Source of the DNA: Dehalococcoidia bacterium
GTDB lineage: Bacteria > Chloroflexota > Dehalococcoidia > UBA2979
Length of the DNA: 64,000 nucleotides
Reading direction: 5' to 3'
Assembly (NCBI GenBank): GCA_964291495.2
Contig: OZ219871.1
Coordinates: forward strand, 1,303,355 to 1,367,354
Shown: positions 9,294 through 19,189 of the stretch, piece after piece
Numbering within the stretch: position 1 is the first letter of the stretch
Layout: the number at the start of each line of letters is the position of its first letter
Made by a program: the position numbers and the translations under genes
Notes under the pieces: model-generated
The model's input: only the letters and a program-made list of their open reading frames with translations
Told to the model about the DNA's origin: nothing
The model's database searches: none

Positions 9294-10186
9294 ACCGCCG
9301 CCGTCACGTCGATGCGGTGCTTCGCCAACTCCGCGCGGATTGCTGCCTGCGAGGCCTCCGAGGGCGGGATCAGCGGCAGCCTCGGCTCGCCGGCGGTCAC
9401 GCCCACCTCGTTGAGGGCGAACTTCACCGGGATCGGGTTCGACTCGATGAAGAGGATGTCCATCAGCGGCAGCAGCCGCTCGTGCAGCGCCTGCGCGTCG
9501 TCCTGGCGCCCGTCCGCCGCGGCCGTGACCATCTGCTTGATCTGGTCGCCGATCAGGTGCGAGGCGACAGAGATCACTCCGTAGCCGCCCATCGCCACCA
9601 TCTGCGCCGTGTCGCCGTCGTTCCCGGACCACATGCGGAAGCCCTCGGGCGCGCCATCGAGGATGGCGGCGATCTGGGCGAAGTCGCCCGACGCCTCCTT
9701 CACGCCCACGATGTTCGGCACCCCGGCCAGCCGCAGCGTCGTCTCGGCGGCCATGTTGAGCGAGGTGCGCGAGGGCACGTTGTAGAGGATGCAGGGCAGC
9801 GGCGTCGCCTCGGCGAGCGTCGTGAAGTGCCGCACCAGGCCCTCCTGGGGCGGCTTGTTGTAGTACGGCACGGTCAGCATCAGCGCGTCCATGCCCGCGT
9901 CGGCGCCCTGCGTCACCAGCTCCAGCGACTCGCCCGTCGAGTTCGTCGAGGCGCCGGCGACGAGGCCGGCGTCCGGCCCAACCGCGGCGCGCACCGCGCG
10001 CCAGACGGCGACCTGCTCCCCCATGCTCAGCGAGGGCGCCTCGCCCGTGGTGCCGGTGATCACGAGGCCGTCCGAGCCGGAGGCGAGCAGCGCCCGCGCG
10101 AGGCGGCCCAACGCCTCCTCATCAACGCCGTCGGCGTTGAAGGGCGTGACCATGGCCGTGAGCACGCGTCCGATCTCGTTTGTCAT
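9290..10186 (-). CDS. dapA: 4-hydroxy-tetrahydrodipicolinate synthase
   Basis: RVLTAMVTPFNADG...LVITGTTGEAPSLS, typical DapA. Confidence 0.93.
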   Translation of the reverse strand: MTNEIGRVLTAMVTPFNADGVDEEALGRLARALLASGSDGLVITGTTGEAPSLSMGEQVAVWRAVRAAVGPDAGLVAGASTNSTGESLELVTQGADAGMDALMLTVPYYNKPPQEGLVRHFTTLAEATPLPCILYNVPSRTSLNMAAETTLRLAGVPNIVGVKEASGDFAQIAAILDGAPEGFRMWSGNDGDTAQMVAMGGYGVISVASHLIGDQIKQMVTAAADGRQDDAQALHERLLPLMDILFIESNPIPVKFALNEVGVTAGEPRLPLIPPSEASQAAIRAELAKHRIDVTAAV

Positions 10187-10262
10187 GGCGCACCTCCGCC
10201 GGGTTCTGCCTGATGGGGTGGACGCAGCGCGTCCGCCTGCCGGTCTGTTATAGCCCTCTGGC

Positions 10263-11288
10263 CTACAGTTTGCCCCGCCGGATCAACTCCTCGGCGATCT
10301 GGATCGCGTTGGTCGCCGCGCCCTTGCGCAGGTTGTCCGTCACGCACCAGAAGGCGACGCCGTGCTCGACGGAGCTGTCCGTGCGCAGCCGCCCGACGAA
10401 GGTGCGGTCGTCGCCCTCGCTGATGAGCGGCGTCGGGTAGACCGCCTCCGCCGGGTCGTCGAGCAGCTCAAGGCCGTCCTGTGCCTCGATCGACTCGCGC
10501 AGCGCGTCGAGCGACGCGGGGCTATCGAACTCGGCGTGGACCGCCTCGGCGTGCCCGACCATCGTCGGCACACGCACGCAGGTCGAGGAGAAGGCCAGCT
10601 CCGGCAGGTGCAGGATCTTGCGCGTCTCGTTGCGCATCTTCGCTTCCTCGCGGGTGTAGCCGTCCTCCTCGAAGTCGTCGACGTGCGGTAGCACGTTGAG
10701 GGCGATCTGGTGCGGGTACTCCTGCGGCGCGGGCAGCGGGCCGCCGCGCCCGTAGGCGCGGAGCTGCAGCGCCAGCTCCTCGACGGCGGCGGTGCCGCTG
10801 CCGGAGACCGCCTGGTACGTGGCGGCGGTCACGCGCTTCAGCGGCGCGACGTCGCGCATCGCATGCAGCGCCATGGCGAGCGGGGTGGTGGTGCAGTTGG
10901 GGATCGAGATGATGCCCTCGTGCCACTCGACGTCGTCGCCGTTGACCTCCGGGATCACCAGCGGGACGTTCGGCTCCATGCGGAAGGCCGAGCCGTCGTC
11001 GATCAGCACGCCGCCCGCCTCCGCGATCCGCGGCCCCCAGTGCCGCGAGGCCGCCGCCGTGGCCGAGCAGAAGACGAGGTCCACGCCCTCGAGCGTCTCC
11101 TCGCTGGTCACCTCGACGGTGATCATCTCGTCGCGGAAGCGCAGCTCACGGCCGGCGGAGCGCTCGGTCGCGAGCAACCGCAGCCTCCCGATCGGGAAGT
11201 CACGCTCCGCCGCCACCTCGAGGAACACGGCCCCGACCGCGCCCGTCGCGCCGATGACGGCGACATCGAGTCCATCGTTGCTGCTCAT
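10263..11288 (-). CDS. asd: aspartate-semialdehyde dehydrogenase
   Basis: VAVIGATGAVG Rossmann motif, active-site IPNCTT, QAVSGSG. Confidence 0.93.
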   Translation of the reverse strand: MSSNDGLDVAVIGATGAVGAVFLEVAAERDFPIGRLRLLATERSAGRELRFRDEMITVEVTSEETLEGVDLVFCSATAAASRHWGPRIAEAGGVLIDDGSAFRMEPNVPLVIPEVNGDDVEWHEGIISIPNCTTTPLAMALHAMRDVAPLKRVTAATYQAVSGSGTAAVEELALQLRAYGRGGPLPAPQEYPHQIALNVLPHVDDFEEDGYTREEAKMRNETRKILHLPELAFSSTCVRVPTMVGHAEAVHAEFDSPASLDALRESIEAQDGLELLDDPAEAVYPTPLISEGDDRTFVGRLRTDSSVEHGVAFWCVTDNLRKGAATNAIQIAEELIRRGKL

Positions 11289-11328
11289 GGCCCGATCATA
11301 TCGCGTGGCGCCCGAGCTGTGCGACGGC

Positions 11329-12120
11329 CTACGCCAGCCCGATCAGCGCATCGAGGCCGTAGACGAGGCTTTCGCGCTGCATCACTTCGCGTACGGCGAG
11401 CAGCACGCCCGGCATGAACGAGTCGCGGCCCGTCGAGTCGTGGCGCAGCGTCAGCGTCTGGCCCGTGCCGCCGAAGATCACCTCCTGGTGCGCCACCAGG
11501 CCCGGCAACCGCACCGAGTGCAGCGCGACGCCGCCCAGCTCCGCGCCCCGCGCGCCCTCGACCGCCTCGAGCTCCGACGTGCGGTGCGTGAAGTCGCTGC
11601 CGCGCGCCTCGCGCATCAGTTGGGCCGTCGCGACGGCCGTGCCGGACGGCGAGTCGACCTTGCCGTCGTGATGCAACTCGATCACCTCGACAGCGTCGAA
11701 GTGCGGCGCGGCGAGCGTCGCGAGGTGCATGAGCACCACCGCACCGAGGGCGAAGTTGGGCGCGACCACGCCGCCGAGGGCGCGCTCCACCAAGCGCTCG
11801 CGCAGCGTCGCGACAAACTCGTCCGGCTGGCCCGAGGTGCCGATCACCGGGCGCACGCCGTGCGCGAGGCAGGCCTCGGCGAGCGTCGGCGTGAACGCCG
11901 CGTTCGTGAAGTCGACCACCACGTCCGGCGTCAGCTCTCCGAGCAGCGCCCCCGGGTCCGGAGCGAGCGGGTACGTCGCCCCGTTCGCCGCCTCGAGCTC
12001 CCCCGCCTCCGTCGCGAGCGGCTCGATGATGCCGACAGGCTCGATGTCCTCGGCCGCCTCGAGCGTGGCGAGGACCTGCGCGCCCATGTTGCCGCTTCCG
12101 CTGACCACTGCCCGGATCAT
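11329..12120 (-). CDS. dapB: 4-hydroxy-tetrahydrodipicolinate reductase
   Basis: MIRAVVSGSGNMG..., ELHHDGKVDSPSGTA signature. Confidence 0.92.
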   Translation of the reverse strand: MIRAVVSGSGNMGAQVLATLEAAEDIEPVGIIEPLATEAGELEAANGATYPLAPDPGALLGELTPDVVVDFTNAAFTPTLAEACLAHGVRPVIGTSGQPDEFVATLRERLVERALGGVVAPNFALGAVVLMHLATLAAPHFDAVEVIELHHDGKVDSPSGTAVATAQLMREARGSDFTHRTSELEAVEGARGAELGGVALHSVRLPGLVAHQEVIFGGTGQTLTLRHDSTGRDSFMPGVLLAVREVMQRESLVYGLDALIGLA

Positions 12121-12170
12121 CGCCTGCCTCCCGCCCTCATCGCCCGTCCGCGCTGCGCGCCCGCAACGAC

Positions 12171-12198
12171 TGCGCCCCGCCTGTTGGGGCGGGGCGCA
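12171..12198 (-). terminator. GC-rich hairpin downstream of pnp (candidate terminator, no U-tract)
   Basis: TGCGCCCCGCC (12171-12181) pairs perfectly with GGCGGGGCGCA (12188-12198); 6-nt loop. Confidence 0.4.
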
Positions 12199-12228
12199 AG
12201 TGTAGCGACTCGGTTCAGGGCCTCGGGG

Positions 12229-14646
12229 CTACCAGCGGCGACCGCCGCCCCCGCCGCCGCGGCTACCGCCGTCGCGGTCTCCGCCACCACGGCCTCCGCC
12301 GCCACCGTCACGACCGCGGCCGCCACCGGAGCCACCGCGGCCTCCGCCGTCTCGACCTCGGCCGCCGCCGCCGCCGCGGCCACCACGACCGCCACGACCC
12401 TCGCCACCGCGGTTGCCGCCACGGCCTCCGCCGTCGCGACCACGGCCGCCGCCTCGACCACCGCCGCCGCGGCCTCCGCGACCACCGGCGAAGGCAGGCT
12501 CGCGCTGCGGCTCGTCGGCGCCGTCCGCGAGGCCGACGCGCTCGCTGCCGTCCTCGCCGTCGCGCAGGCGGGCGAGATTGATGCGCCCGAGGTTGTCGAT
12601 CTCGATCACCTGGACGCGCAGCACGTCGCCCTCGGAGACCTCGTCCTCGACGCGGTTGACGTGGTAGTCGGCCAGGTCGGAGATGTGCACCAGGCCGTCC
12701 TTGCCCGGCAGGATCTCGACGAACGCGCCGAAGGCCATGATCCGGCTGACGGGGCCTTCGTAGACCTCGCCGACCTCGATCTCCTTGGTGAGCCCGCGGA
12801 TCGTGTCGATCGCCTTGCGGACGCCCTCGGCGTCGGTGCCGGCGACGAGCACGGTGCCGTCGTCCTCGACCGTGATGTTCGAGCCCGTCTCCTCCTGGAT
12901 GGCGTTGATGACGCGCCCGCCCGGGCCGATCACCGTGCCGATCTTCTCGCGGTCGATCTCGATCCGCTCAACGCGCGGCGCGTATGGCGACATCTCGTCG
13001 CGCGGCTCCGCGATCGCCTCGAGCATCACCTCGAGGATCGTCATGCGCGCCTCGCGCGCTCGCTCGAAGACCGTCTCGAGCAGACCGTCCGGCAGCGACT
13101 GCAGCTTGATGTCGAGCTGCAGCGCGGTCACGCCGCGCTCCGTGCCGGCGACCTTGAAGTCCATGTCGCCGAGGCCGTCCTCGATGCCCGCGATGTCCGT
13201 GAGCACGCGATAGTCATCGCCGTCGCCGGTGATCAGGCCCATCGCGATGCCTGCCACGGGCGCCGTGATCGGCACCCCGGCGTCCATCAGCGCCAGCGTC
13301 GAGCCGCACACCGAGCCCATCGAGGTCGAACCGTTGGACATCAGCGCGTCGGAGACGACGCGCAGCGCGTAGGGGAACTCCTCGCTGTCCGGCAGCACCG
13401 GCTCCAGCGCCCGCTCGGCGAGCAGCCCGTGGCCGATCTCGCGGCGGCCGGGGCCGCGCAGGAAGCGCGCCTCGCCGACCGAGTAGGGCGGGAAGTTGTA
13501 GTGGTGCATGTAGCGCTTGAACTGCGTCGGCGCGAGCGTGTCGAGTCGCTGGCGATCGCCGAGCGGGCCGAGCGTCGCCACCGACAGGATCTGCGTCCCG
13601 CCGCGGCGGAACAGGCCGCTGCCATGCGCGCGCGGCAGCAAGCCGACCGAGGAGTGGAGGCCGCGCACCTGCTCGATCTCGCGGTCGTCGGGGCGCAGGC
13701 CGTCATCGAGGATGCGCCGCCGCACCAGCTTCTTGATCTCGCCCTCGACCGCGTTGCGCACGGTCCGGGCGTCCAGTTCCTCGTCGCCGATCGCCGCGTA
13801 GACCTCCTTGCCGAGGGCGTCGACGCCGCGCCAGCCCTCGCCCTGCACGGCGGCGAGCATCTCGGCGTCGCGGCCGACGAGCGCCTCGGCGACGCGCTCC
13901 TCCAGCTCCGTGTCCGGCGCGGGCGGTTCGAACGAAGCCTTCTCCTGGCCAAGCGCCTCGGAGATCTCGCGCTGCAGCGCGTTGAGCTTCGCGATCACGC
14001 CCTGGGCGTACTCGATCGCCTCGATCACCTCGGCCTCGGGCACCTCGCTGGCGCCCGCCTCGATCATCACGATCGAGTCCTCGGTGCCGGCGACGATCAG
14101 GTCGAGGTCGGACTCCTCGATCTCCTCGTAGGTGGGCAGTGCCTTGAACTCGCCCTCGACGCGCGCGACGCGCACCGAGGAGACCGGGCCCTCGAAGGGA
14201 ATGCTGGAGAGGCCCAGCACCGTCGAGGCGGCCGTGGTGCCGAAGACGTCGGCCGGGTTCTCGCGGTCCGCGGAGAGCGTGGTCAGCACCACCTGGATCT
14301 CGCGGCGGAAGCCCTTGGGGAAGAGCGGCCGGATCGGGCGGTCGGTCATCCGCGCGGCGAGGATCGCCTCGTTACCGGGGCGTCCCTCACGACGGAAGAA
14401 CGAGCCGGGGATCTTCCCGATCGCGTACATCCGCTCCTCGAAGTCGATGGTCAGGGGGAAGAAGTCGATGCCCTCGCGCGCGTCGTCCTCGGCGACGGTC
14501 GCGAGGATCATCGTGTCGCCGTAGCGGACGGTGCAGGCGGCGGCGGCGTTGAGGGCCAGCAGCCCCACGCCGACGGTGAAGGGCTTGCCCTCGATCTCCG
14601 TGCTGAAGGTTCGTTCTTCGGTCTCAAGTCGCTGAGCGTTGGTCAT
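12229..14646 (-). CDS. pnp: polyribonucleotide nucleotidyltransferase (PNPase) with ~85-aa RGG-rich C-terminal tail
   Basis: Start at internal ATG 14646 (MTNAQRLETEERTFSTEIEGKPFTV...). Two RNase PH domains, KH (GPGGRVINAIQEETG) and S1 (GEVYEGPVSRIMAFGAFVEILPGKDGLVHISDL). The ORF then continues as GGRGGRGGGGRGGGRGRDGGGRGGNRGG...GGGGGRRW. Confidence 0.95.
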   Translation of the reverse strand: MTNAQRLETEERTFSTEIEGKPFTVGVGLLALNAAAACTVRYGDTMILATVAEDDAREGIDFFPLTIDFEERMYAIGKIPGSFFRREGRPGNEAILAARMTDRPIRPLFPKGFRREIQVVLTTLSADRENPADVFGTTAASTVLGLSSIPFEGPVSSVRVARVEGEFKALPTYEEIEESDLDLIVAGTEDSIVMIEAGASEVPEAEVIEAIEYAQGVIAKLNALQREISEALGQEKASFEPPAPDTELEERVAEALVGRDAEMLAAVQGEGWRGVDALGKEVYAAIGDEELDARTVRNAVEGEIKKLVRRRILDDGLRPDDREIEQVRGLHSSVGLLPRAHGSGLFRRGGTQILSVATLGPLGDRQRLDTLAPTQFKRYMHHYNFPPYSVGEARFLRGPGRREIGHGLLAERALEPVLPDSEEFPYALRVVSDALMSNGSTSMGSVCGSTLALMDAGVPITAPVAGIAMGLITGDGDDYRVLTDIAGIEDGLGDMDFKVAGTERGVTALQLDIKLQSLPDGLLETVFERAREARMTILEVMLEAIAEPRDEMSPYAPRVERIEIDREKIGTVIGPGGRVINAIQEETGSNITVEDDGTVLVAGTDAEGVRKAIDTIRGLTKEIEVGEVYEGPVSRIMAFGAFVEILPGKDGLVHISDLADYHVNRVEDEVSEGDVLRVQVIEIDNLGRINLARLRDGEDGSERVGLADGADEPQREPAFAGGRGGRGGGGRGGGRGRDGGGRGGNRGGEGRGGRGGRGGGGGRGRDGGGRGGSGGGRGRDGGGGGRGGGDRDGGSRGGGGGGRRW

Positions 14647-14815
14647 GCTCGCCTTCCTCGGGTGCGCGCGCGACGCGGCGCCCCGCTCTCTCGTAGCTGC
14701 TGGGTGGTTGTTCGGATCGGTGTGCTCCCTCGTCCTCTTCCTGCGCGCGCGCATGGCGCCGCGCATCTCGCGTGCGATTGGTCGTGCCGGGGCGGGGAAG
14801 GGGTGGCGGGGTGCG

Positions 14816-15082
14816 CTAGCGGCGCAGCCCCAGCCTGCCGATCAGCGTGCGGTAGCGCCCCACGTCCTTCTTGCTGAGGTAGCGGAGCTGACGGCGGCGC
14901 TGGCCGACAAGCTTGAGCAGGCCGCGCCGCGTGTCGTAGTCGTGCGTATGCGTGCGGAGGTGTTCCGTCAAGTGGTTGATGCGATCGGTAAGTAGCGCGA
15001 CCTGCACCTCGGGGGAGCCGGTGTCTCCCTCGTGTGTCTGGTACTCGGCAATGAGGTCGCGCTTGCGCTCCACGGAGGTCAT
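14816..15082 (-). CDS. rpsO: 30S ribosomal protein S15
   Basis: Internal ATG at 15082 gives the 88-aa product [69 protein letters not shown]... Confidence 0.95.
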   Translation of the reverse strand: MTSVERKRDLIAEYQTHEGDTGSPEVQVALLTDRINHLTEHLRTHTHDYDTRRGLLKLVGQRRRQLRYLSKKDVGRYRTLIGRLGLRR

Positions 15083-15300
15083 GCGTTGGTTCTGGTCTGT
15101 CCTTGTTCTGCTGCTATGTCCACCACGCCTGCACACACCGCTCCGGTCTTCCCCGACCGGGCGATAGCCGCTTGCTCCCTCCGGCGCCTGCCCTCGGGCC
15201 GGGCGCATCCTCGCGCCCGCGGCTACGGAAACACGCTACCACGCGGTTTCGGCGAGGGGCAATGAGGGTGCGCAGAACGCCGCAGGCGCGACCGGCGCGG

Positions 15301-16164
15301 CTACGACGCGCCGGACCTGAGCCCTCGGGTCGGGCGCTGCGCGGGTCGTGGCAGCGACGGGCGCGAGGGGACCATGCCGGCCCACTTCCCCAGCCAGTAG
15401 CGAATCCGCGGGTAGCCGACCCGGTGCAGCGCCAGCGTCAGGCCCAGCGCCACGCCGCAGACCACGAGCCCCGCGAGGCCGTCGAAGATGTAGTGGTTGC
15501 CCGTCCCCACCACCGCGACCGACTGCAGCACGAAGGTGACGATCGAAGCTCCGCGCAGCCACGGGTTGCGCGTCGCCGCGAACACGCCGACGGCGAGCAG
15601 CAGCGCCCACCCGACGTGCAACGAGGGCACCGCCGCGAAGGGATTGACGAACGGCTGGAGCGACTGCGCCTGGTAGGAGAGGTTGTCGTAGACCGCGAGC
15701 GTGTCGATGAAGCCCCACTCGCTCAGGAAGCGGGGCGGAGCGACCGGATAGAGCCAGTAGATCACGAGCGCGATCCCGCCGGAGATCAGGATCGAGTCGC
15801 GCGTCAGCGTGTAGGCGCTGCGCCGCTTCCAGAACATCACCAGCGCCACTGCCACGATCAGCGGGAAGTCCATCCAGAAGTAGACGAAGTTCAGCGCGCG
15901 CCGCAGCAGCTCGTATTCGAGCACCCAGGCCTGGAACGCCGGCTCGACGAAGAGCCCCCACGAGTATTGGAGGTTCACGATCCAGTGCGCGTTCGCAAAG
16001 GCGTCGGCGGTGCGGTCCACCACCGCGCCGCGTACGAGGAAGTAGAGCAGGAAGCCGAGCGCGACGAGCCCCAGCTCCGAGGCGTCCCACCAGCTCAGGC
16101 CCTTGCGCCTCGGATCGGTCGAGAGGAAGAGATAGCGCGCAAGCCGCGCTCGCAATGCGTTCAT
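15301..16164 (-). CDS. PAP2-superfamily membrane protein (PAP2_C / phosphatidic acid phosphatase-like)
   Basis: Start at ATG 16164 (MNALRARLARYLF...). Multiple TM segments. PSLHVGWALL and GNHYIFDGLAG resemble the PAP2 S-x-H and H-x3-D motifs. The remaining upstream part of track ORF 15301..16824 overlaps pepA and is rejected. Confidence 0.65.
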   Translation of the reverse strand: MNALRARLARYLFLSTDPRRKGLSWWDASELGLVALGFLLYFLVRGAVVDRTADAFANAHWIVNLQYSWGLFVEPAFQAWVLEYELLRRALNFVYFWMDFPLIVAVALVMFWKRRSAYTLTRDSILISGGIALVIYWLYPVAPPRFLSEWGFIDTLAVYDNLSYQAQSLQPFVNPFAAVPSLHVGWALLLAVGVFAATRNPWLRGASIVTFVLQSVAVVGTGNHYIFDGLAGLVVCGVALGLTLALHRVGYPRIRYWLGKWAGMVPSRPSLPRPAQRPTRGLRSGAS

Positions 16165-16293
16165 CGCGATGCCCTGCACCTGTGTCCCCGCCGGCCCGGC
16201 TGCCTGCCCGCGTGCCGCGCCGCCCAGTAATGATAGCGTACGCTCGCACGCGTTCATCACTCGCATATCCCAAGGCTGCGAAAGGAGCCCCCG

Positions 16294-17796
16294 GTGGAGA
16301 TCAACGTCACAAGCGGCGACCTGGCGGCCCAGCAGGTAGACACGATCGTCGTCGCGTTGCCCGAGGAGACGCGCCGCCTCGGCGGCGCGGCGGCCGCCCT
16401 CGACCAGGCGCTCGACGGCGCGATCACCGCGCTGCTGCGCTCCGGCCTGGCGCCCGGACGCGCGAACGAGGCCACGCCGATCGCCACGGGCGGCCGCATC
16501 CCCGCCGCCCGCGTCGTCGTGCAGGGACTCGGCAAGCGCGAGCAGCTGACGCCCGACCGGCTGCGCAACCAGACCGCCGGCCTGGCGCGCGCGCTGCGCG
16601 GCCTGGACGCCGGCAGCGTTGCCCTCTCCACGCAGGGCGGCGCCCGCGCCACCAGCGACGCAACCGAGACGGGCCGCATCCTCGCCGAGGCCTTCGAGCT
16701 CGGCCTCTACCGCTTCGACCAGCACCGCACCCGCGCGCAGGACAAGCCGCGCGGCTCCGTCTCCGCGCTGACCATCGTCGAGACCTCGCGGCGGCGCGCG
16801 CGGGCCGCCGAGCAGGGGGTGCACAGCGGAACAATCCTCGCCGAGGCCCAGAACTTCACGCGCGACCTTGCCAACTCGCCCGCCAACCTGATGACCCCGA
16901 GCGATGTCGCCGAGCGCGCCCAGGCGCGCGCCGACGAGCTGGGCCTCGAGTGCGAGGTGATCGAGCGCGCCGCGGCCGAGCGGATGGGCATGAACTCCTA
17001 CCTCTCCGTCGCGCAGGGCTCGCAGCAGCCTCCGAAGTTCATCGTGCTGCGCTACCGCGGCGGCCGCGGCCGCCGCAGCATCGGGCTTGTGGGCAAGGGC
17101 ATCACCTTCGACACGGGCGGGATCTCGCTGAAGCCCCCGGCGAACATGGAGCGGATGAAGGGCGACATGAGCGGGGCAGCCGCGGTGATCGGCGCGATCG
17201 GCGCCATCGCCCGCCTCGAGCCAGCCGTCAACGTGACCGCGATCGCGCCCTGCACCGAGAACATGCCGAGTGGAACGGCGACCAAACCCGGCGATGTCTT
17301 CTACGCGATGGACGGACAGTCGATCGAGGTGATCAACACCGACGCGGAGGGCCGCCTCGTCCTCGCAGACGCCCTCGCCTACGCGAAGTCGCAGGGCTGC
17401 ACGCCGCTCGTCGACGTGGCGACGCTGACCGGGGCGATGGCGATCGCGCTCGGCAACGTGCGGGTCGGCGTCTTCGCGAACAACGACAGGCTCTACGCCG
17501 ACCTCGAGCGCGCCGCGTCCGCCTCGGGCGAGAAGCTCTGGCGCTTCCCGCTCGACGCCGAGTACGACGAGCAGATCCGCTCGGACGTGGCGGACATCAA
17601 GAACACAGGCGGCCGCGGCGCCGGCTCAATCACCGCAGCGAAGTTCCTGCATCGCTTCGCCGGCGACACTCCCTGGGCCCACTTCGACATCGCCGGAGTG
17701 ATGGACGCGGACCGCGACCGCGGGGTGCTGGTCAAGGGCAACGCCGGCGCCGCGACGCGCACGCTCGTCCACTACGCCCTCAACCGCGCGCGCTGA
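16294..17796 (+). CDS. pepA: leucyl aminopeptidase (M17)
   Basis: GKGITFDTGGISLKP, NTDAEGRLVLADAL, ATLTGA. Confidence 0.93.
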   Translation: MEINVTSGDLAAQQVDTIVVALPEETRRLGGAAAALDQALDGAITALLRSGLAPGRANEATPIATGGRIPAARVVVQGLGKREQLTPDRLRNQTAGLARALRGLDAGSVALSTQGGARATSDATETGRILAEAFELGLYRFDQHRTRAQDKPRGSVSALTIVETSRRRARAAEQGVHSGTILAEAQNFTRDLANSPANLMTPSDVAERAQARADELGLECEVIERAAAERMGMNSYLSVAQGSQQPPKFIVLRYRGGRGRRSIGLVGKGITFDTGGISLKPPANMERMKGDMSGAAAVIGAIGAIARLEPAVNVTAIAPCTENMPSGTATKPGDVFYAMDGQSIEVINTDAEGRLVLADALAYAKSQGCTPLVDVATLTGAMAIALGNVRVGVFANNDRLYADLERAASASGEKLWRFPLDAEYDEQIRSDVADIKNTGGRGAGSITAAKFLHRFAGDTPWAHFDIAGVMDADRDRGVLVKGNAGAATRTLVHYALNRAR

Positions 17797-17839
17797 GCCC
17801 CGGCTCGGGGGTACGCAGCCGGGCCGGGGTGCGAGGCGG

Positions 17840-19189
17840 CTAGGCGACCTCGCGGGCGCGCTCGACCAGCTCGCGCAGCGTGGCGATGTCGCGCTTCGTC
17901 TCCGGGTCGACCTGGACAGAGCGCTCCATCTTGCTCCAGCCGTGGTGGACCGTGGAGTGGTCGCGGCCTCCGAGGGTCTGGCCGATCTCGGCGAGTGAGC
18001 GGTGCGCGAGCTCGCGCATCAGGTACATCGCCAGCTGCCGCGGGTAGGCGACGCGCTTCTCGCGGCTCTTGGAGAGCAGCGCCTCGCGGTCGATCTCGAA
18101 GTAGCGGCAGACCACGTCGAGGATCGCCTCCGGCGAGGGCGGCAGCCGCGGTTCGGTCGGGTCGAGCGAGGCGAGCGCGGATTGCACGAGCGCCGGTTCG
18201 ATCGGCTCGCCCGTGAGCCGCGAGTAGGCGACGACGCGCGTGAGCGAGCCCTCGAGCTCGCGGATGTTGCTGGTGAAGCGCCGCGCGATCACGTGCAGGG
18301 CCTCGTCGTTGACGTGCACGCGCTGCTCCTCCGCCTTGGAGCGCAGGATCGCGACCCTTGTCTCCAGGTCGGGCGCCTGGATGTCGGCGATCATCCCCCA
18401 CTCGAAGCGCGATCGGAGGCGCTCCTCGAGGTCCGGGATCAGCACCGGGCTCTTGTCCGAGGTGATCACGATCTGGCGTTCCGCCTCGTAGAGGCTGTTG
18501 AAGGTGTGGAACAGCTCCTCCTGCGTGGCTTCCTTGCCGCCGACGAACTGGATGTCGTCGATCAGCAGCGCGTCCGCCGAGCGGTAGCGGGCCCGGAACT
18601 CCTCTTGCGTCCGCTGTTGAATCGCCGTCACAAGGTCGTTCGTGAACTGCTCCGCGGAGATGTACGTGATCTGCCGGCCGGCGCGAACGAGGCGGTGGCC
18701 GATGCCCTGCAGGAGATGCGTCTTGCCCAAGCCGACCGCCCCGTACAGGAACAGCGGGTTGTGCAGCGTGCCGGGAGAATCGGCCACGCCCTCGGCGGCG
18801 GCGAACGCGAGGTGGTTGCCCGGGCCGACGATGAACGTGTCGAAGACGTAGCGGGTATGCAGCCTCGGGCGCGGGTAGACGGGCCCCGCCGGCTGGGCCG
18901 CGCCGCCGCGCTGGAGCAGCGGCGAGTCGTCCGCGGGCGCTTGCAAGGGCTCGAACGCGACCTCCAGGGGCCGATCGGCGAGATCCGTGAGCGTGCGCAC
19001 GATCAGCGGACGCAGGCGCTGCTGCAGCCACTCGGTCACGAACTCCGAGCGCGTGCCGATGATCAGCGTGGAGCCGTCGAGGCGGACACCCTCCGTGTCG
19101 GCGAGCCAGGTCTGGAAGTTGGCTTCAGAAACGTGCTGCCGGAGGTAGCGCAGTGCGGACTGCCAGAGCTGCGCCGGGTCTTGTTGCAC
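17840..19189 (-). CDS. dnaA: chromosomal replication initiator protein DnaA
   Basis: GTG start with GGAGGG SD. Walker A in [26 protein letters not shown]-terminal DNA-binding [19 protein letters not shown]. Confidence 0.96.
   Translation of the reverse strand: MQQDPAQLWQSALRYLRQHVSEANFQTWLADTEGVRLDGSTLIIGTRSEFVTEWLQQRLRPLIVRTLTDLADRPLEVAFEPLQAPADDSPLLQRGGAAQPAGPVYPRPRLHTRYVFDTFIVGPGNHLAFAAAEGVADSPGTLHNPLFLYGAVGLGKTHLLQGIGHRLVRAGRQITYISAEQFTNDLVTAIQQRTQEEFRARYRSADALLIDDIQFVGGKEATQEELFHTFNSLYEAERQIVITSDKSPVLIPDLEERLRSRFEWGMIADIQAPDLETRVAILRSKAEEQRVHVNDEALHVIARRFTSNIRELEGSLTRVVAYSRLTGEPIEPALVQSALASLDPTEPRLPPSPEAILDVVCRYFEIDREALLSKSREKRVAYPRQLAMYLMRELAHRSLAEIGQTLGGRDHSTVHHGWSKMERSVQVDPETKRDIATLRELVERAREVA

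Noticed and set aside
12229-12489. GGC/CGC-rich repetitive DNA, considered as a tandem repeat or CRISPR-like array
   Set aside because: It lies in frame inside pnp, has irregular periodicity and no repeat-spacer organisation. It is coding low complexity (the RGG tail), not an array.
10792-14877. 1361-aa ORF on the plus strand, the longest in the track
   Set aside because: It is antisense to asd, dapB and pnp, all of which have unmistakable conserved motifs. Its translation is Ala/Arg/Gly/Asp/His-rich low complexity (long AAA, RRR and HRR runs). This is a stop-free antisense frame of GC-rich DNA.
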